Assembly (NCBI GenBank): GCA_910579935.1
Contig: CAJTVQ010000002.1
Coordinates: 60,405-124,404, forward strand
Source of the DNA: an uncultured Lachnospiraceae bacterium
GTDB lineage: Bacteria > Bacillota > Clostridia > Lachnospirales > Lachnospiraceae
Direction of reading: 5' to 3'
DNA length: 64,000 bases
Part shown: piece by piece, positions 59,478 through 64,000 of the stretch
Numbering within the stretch: the first letter of the stretch is position 1
Layout: the number at the start of each line of letters is the position of its first letter
Made by a program: the position numbers and the translations under genes
The notes under the pieces: generated by a model
Database searches by the model: none
The model's input: only the letters and a program-made list of their open reading frames with translations
What the model was told of the DNA's origin: nothing

Positions 59478-61019
59478 GTGATGGAAAAGAAAGCATTAAC
59501 GGCGTTGGAAGTCTATATTAATAAGGTATATGTACTGGTCCTGCTTTTGGTACCGGGAACCTGCATTCTTGCAGGTGTCGGGTATACGGCCAATAAGCTT
59601 CAGGGATTTTTTACGGATGTAAGCTGGATTGGTCTGATCGTTTTTGATCTTTCCTGTATCCTTTACATGCTCATCAGTCTCTATTTTATAAAAACCGGGA
59701 AACAGGACGGCCACGTAATGGATTCCAAATTAAAGCACAGCAAGATTTTTTTAGTTGTGATCATGTTCACACAGTTTAACTTTATTTCTTATCTGGTACC
59801 GACAACCGAATTTTGGGCATTTGCTTTTCTGTTTACGGTTGTCACCAGTCTTCTTTTGGATTCCAAAATGGTAGCGGTTACCATTGCTGAAATCGTTTTG
59901 TCAGTGGCAGTATCATGGGGGGTAAACGGTGCAGAGCTGCTCCCGGTAAAAAATGATTATTTTATTCCTAACCTGATCGGAAGATGTGTATGTATCGCAT
60001 TGTCCATGTTCTATATTTTTCTCCTGACTTATATGGTGGAGCATTTTTTGGTGGATGCTAAAAAAGACGAAGTGGAGAAAAATAACGAACGGGTGCAGAA
60101 TGTTTTGAACAAAGTAACCTACATAGCCAATAATCTGGGAAAAGCCAGCCATGTGCTCGTAGGTTCCTCGCAGGCGGAAAGCGCATCCACACAGGAACTG
60201 ACGGCCATCAGTACTACCTTGCTGGAGACCAGCAGCGGAATGAGGGAAAAATCCGAACAAAGCAAGGAAAATCTTGCACATTTGGAAGAGTGCAGTTATA
60301 ACATGAAAATAAAGATGGAGGATGTCAACCGCCTATCCAAAGAACTGGTGGATATTTCCGTATCCAACGAACAGGCGCTGAAGAGGCTGCTCAGCATCAG
60401 CGGAACGGTGGAACAATCCACCCACAAGACAAAGGAAGTTACCGAAAAGCTTCTGACGGAGTCGGGTGAGATTGGAAATACACTGGATATTATCAATGAA
60501 ATTGTAGAATCCATTAATCTTTTGTCCCTGAACGCTTCCATAGAGGCGGCCCGTGCCGGTGAAGCAGGGCGCGGCTTTGCAGTGGTTGCACAGGAAGTCC
60601 GGCATCTGGCGGACAACACAAAAGAATCGCTCCAGAATATCAATGACGTAGTGTCGCGGGTGCAGCTGGGAACGAATGATGTATCCAGATTTATCAATGA
60701 AAATGCGGAACAGCTTTTGAATCAGAATAAGGTGATCGCGGAAACCGTTGAAGGGGTCAGGACCATGATGAGTCTTTTAAAAGAATCTGTGGATGCCATT
60801 GAGCAGGCGGACCAGATCAGGACAGTACAGCGCCAGGTGATTCAGGAAACCGTAGTCGTGAATGAAAAAATAACGAATGAAATCCAGTCTGAAACGGAAG
60901 AATTTTCCAATATTGCAAGCATGGTGCAAAGCAACAGTCAGGAAGTTCTGGCCATGTCGGAGCAGATAGAGAATATTAACGATATGATAAGGGAACTGGA
61001 AGAATTGCTGGAAGCTTAA
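59478..61019 (+). CDS. Methyl-accepting chemotaxis protein with polytopic membrane sensor
   Basis: About 6 TM then [31 protein letters not shown]-18-TACAAT at 59415-59444. Confidence 0.9.
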   Translation: MMEKKALTALEVYINKVYVLVLLLVPGTCILAGVGYTANKLQGFFTDVSWIGLIVFDLSCILYMLISLYFIKTGKQDGHVMDSKLKHSKIFLVVIMFTQFNFISYLVPTTEFWAFAFLFTVVTSLLLDSKMVAVTIAEIVLSVAVSWGVNGAELLPVKNDYFIPNLIGRCVCIALSMFYIFLLTYMVEHFLVDAKKDEVEKNNERVQNVLNKVTYIANNLGKASHVLVGSSQAESASTQELTAISTTLLETSSGMREKSEQSKENLAHLEECSYNMKIKMEDVNRLSKELVDISVSNEQALKRLLSISGTVEQSTHKTKEVTEKLLTESGEIGNTLDIINEIVESINLLSLNASIEAARAGEAGRGFAVVAQEVRHLADNTKESLQNINDVVSRVQLGTNDVSRFINENAEQLLNQNKVIAETVEGVRTMMSLLKESVDAIEQADQIRTVQRQVIQETVVVNEKITNEIQSETEEFSNIASMVQSNSQEVLAMSEQIENINDMIRELEELLEA

Positions 61020-61106
61020 ACCAGCCCTTAAAACAGTTCATACAGACAAAAAAGCGGACTCCCGGGCGTACAGGCGGTACATTCGGGGGTTCTTCTTATG
61101 TTTTCC

Positions 61107-61135
61107 TTGCACTATGGGTTATTTCATACTATAAT
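61107..61135 (+). promoter_or_regulatory. sigmaA promoter upstream of hisC
   Basis: TTGCAC-17-TATAAT. Confidence 0.7.
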
Positions 61136-61208
61136 ACAACGGTAAGAATTTTGGAAAAGGATTCCATGGCAGATGTATGGTCCTGTCATGAAAGGCATGG
61201 TTATTGAT

Positions 61209-62288
61209 ATGATGGAATGGGAAAAAAATGTACGGAAGGTGGAGCCTTATGTGCCGGGGGAACAGCCGAAGAGCACGAAGGTCATCAAGCTGAATACCAA
61301 CGAGTGTCCCTATCCGCCGGCGCCGGGGGTGCGCAGGAGGGCGGAGGAATTTGATTATGACAGGCTGCGTCTGTATCCTGATACGGAGGCTGGGGAACTG
61401 GCGGATGCCCTTTGCGGGTATTATGGGATTTCACGGGAGCAGCTGTTTATCGGTGTGGGAAGCGACGATGTGCTGGCAATGGCGTTCCAGACTTTTTTCA
61501 ATTCGGAGAAACCGGTTCTGTTTCCTGATATCACGTATTCCTTTTATGATGTGTGGGCGGAACTTTTCAGGATTCCCTATGTACGGAAGCCTTTGGATGA
61601 AAAATTCCGTATTGTAAAAGAGGACTATATGACGGAAAACGGCGGTATCATTATTCCGAATCCCAATGCTCCCACAGGGGTATTTGAAGAAGTGGGGGTA
61701 ATGGAAGAGATCATTGCAGCCAATCCTGGCAGTGTGGTGATCATAGATGAGGCATACGTGGACTTCGGCGGAGAGAGCTGTCTGGGACTGATTGAAAAAT
61801 ATGATAATCTCCTGGTCGTTCAGACGTTTTCCAAATCCAGGGCGATGGCCGGGATGCGTATCGGTTTTGCCATGGGCAGTCCGAAGCTGATTGCCTGTTT
61901 AAAGGATGTGAAGTTCGCTTTCAATTCTTATACGATGAATATGCCCTCCATCGAACTCGGTGTGGAAGCGGTGAAGGATGCGGAATATTTCCGGAATACG
62001 GTAAATAAGATTATGCATACGAGGGAGCGGGTGAAGAAGGAACTGTCGGAACTTGGTTTTGTTTTTCCCGATTCACAGGCTAACTTTATCTTTGCATCCC
62101 ATGAAAAAACAGCGGCGAAGGTGATTTTTGAGGAACTGAAGAAGCGGAATATTTTTGTCCGCTTTTGGGATAAACCGAGGATTGGCAATTATCTGCGCAT
62201 TACGGTGGGAACCGATGAGCAGATGGATGTTTTGCTGGAAAACCTGAAAGAAATCATTGCGGTTCAGGCGGAGTTGAAAGGAGTATAA
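61209..62288 (+). CDS. hisC: Histidinol-phosphate aminotransferase
   Basis: KLNTNECPY, NPNAPTG, DEAY, TFSKSRAMAGMRIG. Confidence 0.93.
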   Translation: MMEWEKNVRKVEPYVPGEQPKSTKVIKLNTNECPYPPAPGVRRRAEEFDYDRLRLYPDTEAGELADALCGYYGISREQLFIGVGSDDVLAMAFQTFFNSEKPVLFPDITYSFYDVWAELFRIPYVRKPLDEKFRIVKEDYMTENGGIIIPNPNAPTGVFEEVGVMEEIIAANPGSVVIIDEAYVDFGGESCLGLIEKYDNLLVVQTFSKSRAMAGMRIGFAMGSPKLIACLKDVKFAFNSYTMNMPSIELGVEAVKDAEYFRNTVNKIMHTRERVKKELSELGFVFPDSQANFIFASHEKTAAKVIFEELKKRNIFVRFWDKPRIGNYLRITVGTDEQMDVLLENLKEIIAVQAELKGV

Positions 62289-62294
62289 AATCTG

Positions 62295-63140
62295 ATGATC
62301 AAGAACATATTAAAAGGAATTGTGATCGGGCTGGCGAATGTCATTCCCGGTGTCAGCGGCGGAACGATGATGGTGTCCATGGGGATTTATGACAGGCTGA
62401 TCCACTGTATCACCCATCTGTTTTCCGAGTTTAAGAAGAATGTGATGTTCCTGCTTCCGATTTTTATCGGTATGGGGATTGCGGTGGTGGTGGTTCCGTT
62501 CGGAATCGAGTATCTGTTTGCGGAATACCCTTTTGAGACGAATCTTTTGTTTGTGGGGCTGATCGTGGGCGGTCTGCCGGCGGTGTGGAAAAATGTGAAA
62601 GGAAATTCGGTCAGAATCGGGCATATCATTGCCTGCATTGTTTTTTTTGCCCTGGTGGCCGGGCTGGCTCTGATGGGCGGTACGGAAGGGACGGCAGCGG
62701 ATTTAAGCTTTGGTTTTCTTTCCGTGGCAAAACTGTTTGGCGTTGGAATCGTGGCTTCTGCCACGATGGTGATTCCGGGCGTCAGCGGTTCCATGATGCT
62801 TTTGCTGATGGGATATTATCATCCGATTCTGGAGGCAATCACGGATTTCATTTCGGCAGTGTTCGCATTTGATATGGACGGAATCCTGCAGGGCATGGGG
62901 ATATTGGTTCCGTTCGGCATCGGTGTGGTGGCGGGGATTTTTGCCATCGCCAAGTTAGTGGAAATCATTTTTGAGAAATTTCCACTTTATGCGTACTGGG
63001 CGATCATCGGGCTGATCCTGTCTTCTCCGGTGGCGATTTTCCTGATGGGGGAAGCCGGCAGTATTACGGTGCTTTCGGTGGTTGTAGGTGCAGCCGCTTT
63101 GGCGGTTGGTTTTGTGGCGGCTTTGAAACTGGGAGAATGA
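62295..63140 (+). CDS. DUF368 membrane protein
   Basis: Two IPGVSG repeats, polytopic. Confidence 0.9.
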   Translation: MIKNILKGIVIGLANVIPGVSGGTMMVSMGIYDRLIHCITHLFSEFKKNVMFLLPIFIGMGIAVVVVPFGIEYLFAEYPFETNLLFVGLIVGGLPAVWKNVKGNSVRIGHIIACIVFFALVAGLALMGGTEGTAADLSFGFLSVAKLFGVGIVASATMVIPGVSGSMMLLLMGYYHPILEAITDFISAVFAFDMDGILQGMGILVPFGIGVVAGIFAIAKLVEIIFEKFPLYAYWAIIGLILSSPVAIFLMGEAGSITVLSVVVGAAALAVGFVAALKLGE

Positions 63141-63188
63141 CCGCATGACGGGAAGGTCTGCCCGGAGTGTGGTGTACGGAGGCTGGAA

Positions 63189-64000
63189 ATGGAAGCGTAT
63201 ACGGATTTTGCAAGTGTATATGATACTTTTATGGACAATGCGCCATATGCGGAATGGGCCGGATATATTGTCGGGCTGTTAAAAAAATATGGGATAAGGC
63301 CGTGCGGGGAGGAAGCGATAGAGCAGGGAGATGAAGCGGATCGTGTGCACCAGGAGGCACTGGCGGCGGAGCGGAATGTCGTGGTGGATTTGGGCTGCGG
63401 GACGGGAACGCTGACGGAGCTTTTGGCGGATGCCGGTTATGATATGATAGGAATAGACAGTTCCCAGGAGATGCTGAATCTTGCCCTGCAGAAAAAAGAA
63501 CGGTCAGGCAGGGAAATCCTGTATCTTATGCAGGATATGCGGGAATTTGAATTGTATGGGGTTGCAGGCGCTTTTGTCAGCGTCTGCGACTCTTTGAATT
63601 ATCTGTTGGAGGAAGAGGAAATCGTGGAGACATTCCGGCTGGTGAATAATTATCTTTATCCGGGCGGTATTTTTATTTTTGACTTTAATACGGTTTATAA
63701 GTATGAAACGGTGATAGGGGATGCCACGATTGCGGAGAACCGGGAGGACTGCAGTTTTATCTGGGAAAATTATTATGATGCGGAAGCGCAGATCAACGAA
63801 TATGATATTACGGTGTTTATACGTGAGGCGGAGGGGGACAGGTTCCGCCGGTTTACGGAGACCCATTTCCAGAGAGGGTATACGCTGGAGCAGATGAAGG
63901 CGATGGTGAAGAGGGCCGGAATGGTGTTTGTGGATGCGGTGGATGCGGATACGCATGGAGAGGTGCACGGGGAGAGCGAGAGGATTTATTTGGTGGCGCG
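63189..64000 (+). CDS. Class I SAM-dependent methyltransferase (runs off window end)
   Basis: MEAYTDFASVYD, VDLGCGTG, QDMREF, CDSLNY; no stop before 64000. Confidence 0.9.
   Translation, partial: MEAYTDFASVYDTFMDNAPYAEWAGYIVGLLKKYGIRPCGEEAIEQGDEADRVHQEALAAERNVVVDLGCGTGTLTELLADAGYDMIGIDSSQEMLNLALQKKERSGREILYLMQDMREFELYGVAGAFVSVCDSLNYLLEEEEIVETFRLVNNYLYPGGIFIFDFNTVYKYETVIGDATIAENREDCSFIWENYYDAEAQINEYDITVFIREAEGDRFRRFTETHFQRGYTLEQMKAMVKRAGMVFVDAVDADTHGEVHGESERIYLVA

Overview
The window has two halves. Positions 1 to about 26.68 kb are the late-gene half and right end of a prophage. It has a lambda-like head and packaging module (TerS, gpA-type TerL, gpW, lambda portal, ClpP-type protease, decoration protein, capsid E), a P2/Mu-like contractile tail, a lysis cassette, and a terminal AT-rich cassette of tiny ORFs with an HTH gene. 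The prophage appears to end inside a host M23 peptidase gene resembling the spore-cortex endopeptidase LytH/YunA; only the 3' part of that gene is present. From about 26.7 kb to 64 kb is Clostridia (Lachnospiraceae-like) chromosome. This holds a LacI-regulated beta-1,4-galactan locus (ABC transporter, an unknown 608-aa protein with a Zn-ribbon partner, GH42, GH53), and a beta-glucan locus (SBP, a chemoreceptor with an inserted CBM4-like module, two GH94 phosphorylases, AraC, ABC transporter). These are followed by a thioesterase, CcdA-thioredoxin, AraC, GH3, decayed gene fragments, a second MCP, hisC, DUF368 and a methyltransferase cut by the window edge. The best leads are the split sporulation-type gene, the CBM-bearing chemoreceptor, the small-ORF/HTH/antisense cassette, the unknown galactan-locus pair and a dispersed 41-bp palindromic repeat. 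All family calls come from motif recognition by eye; no searches were run.
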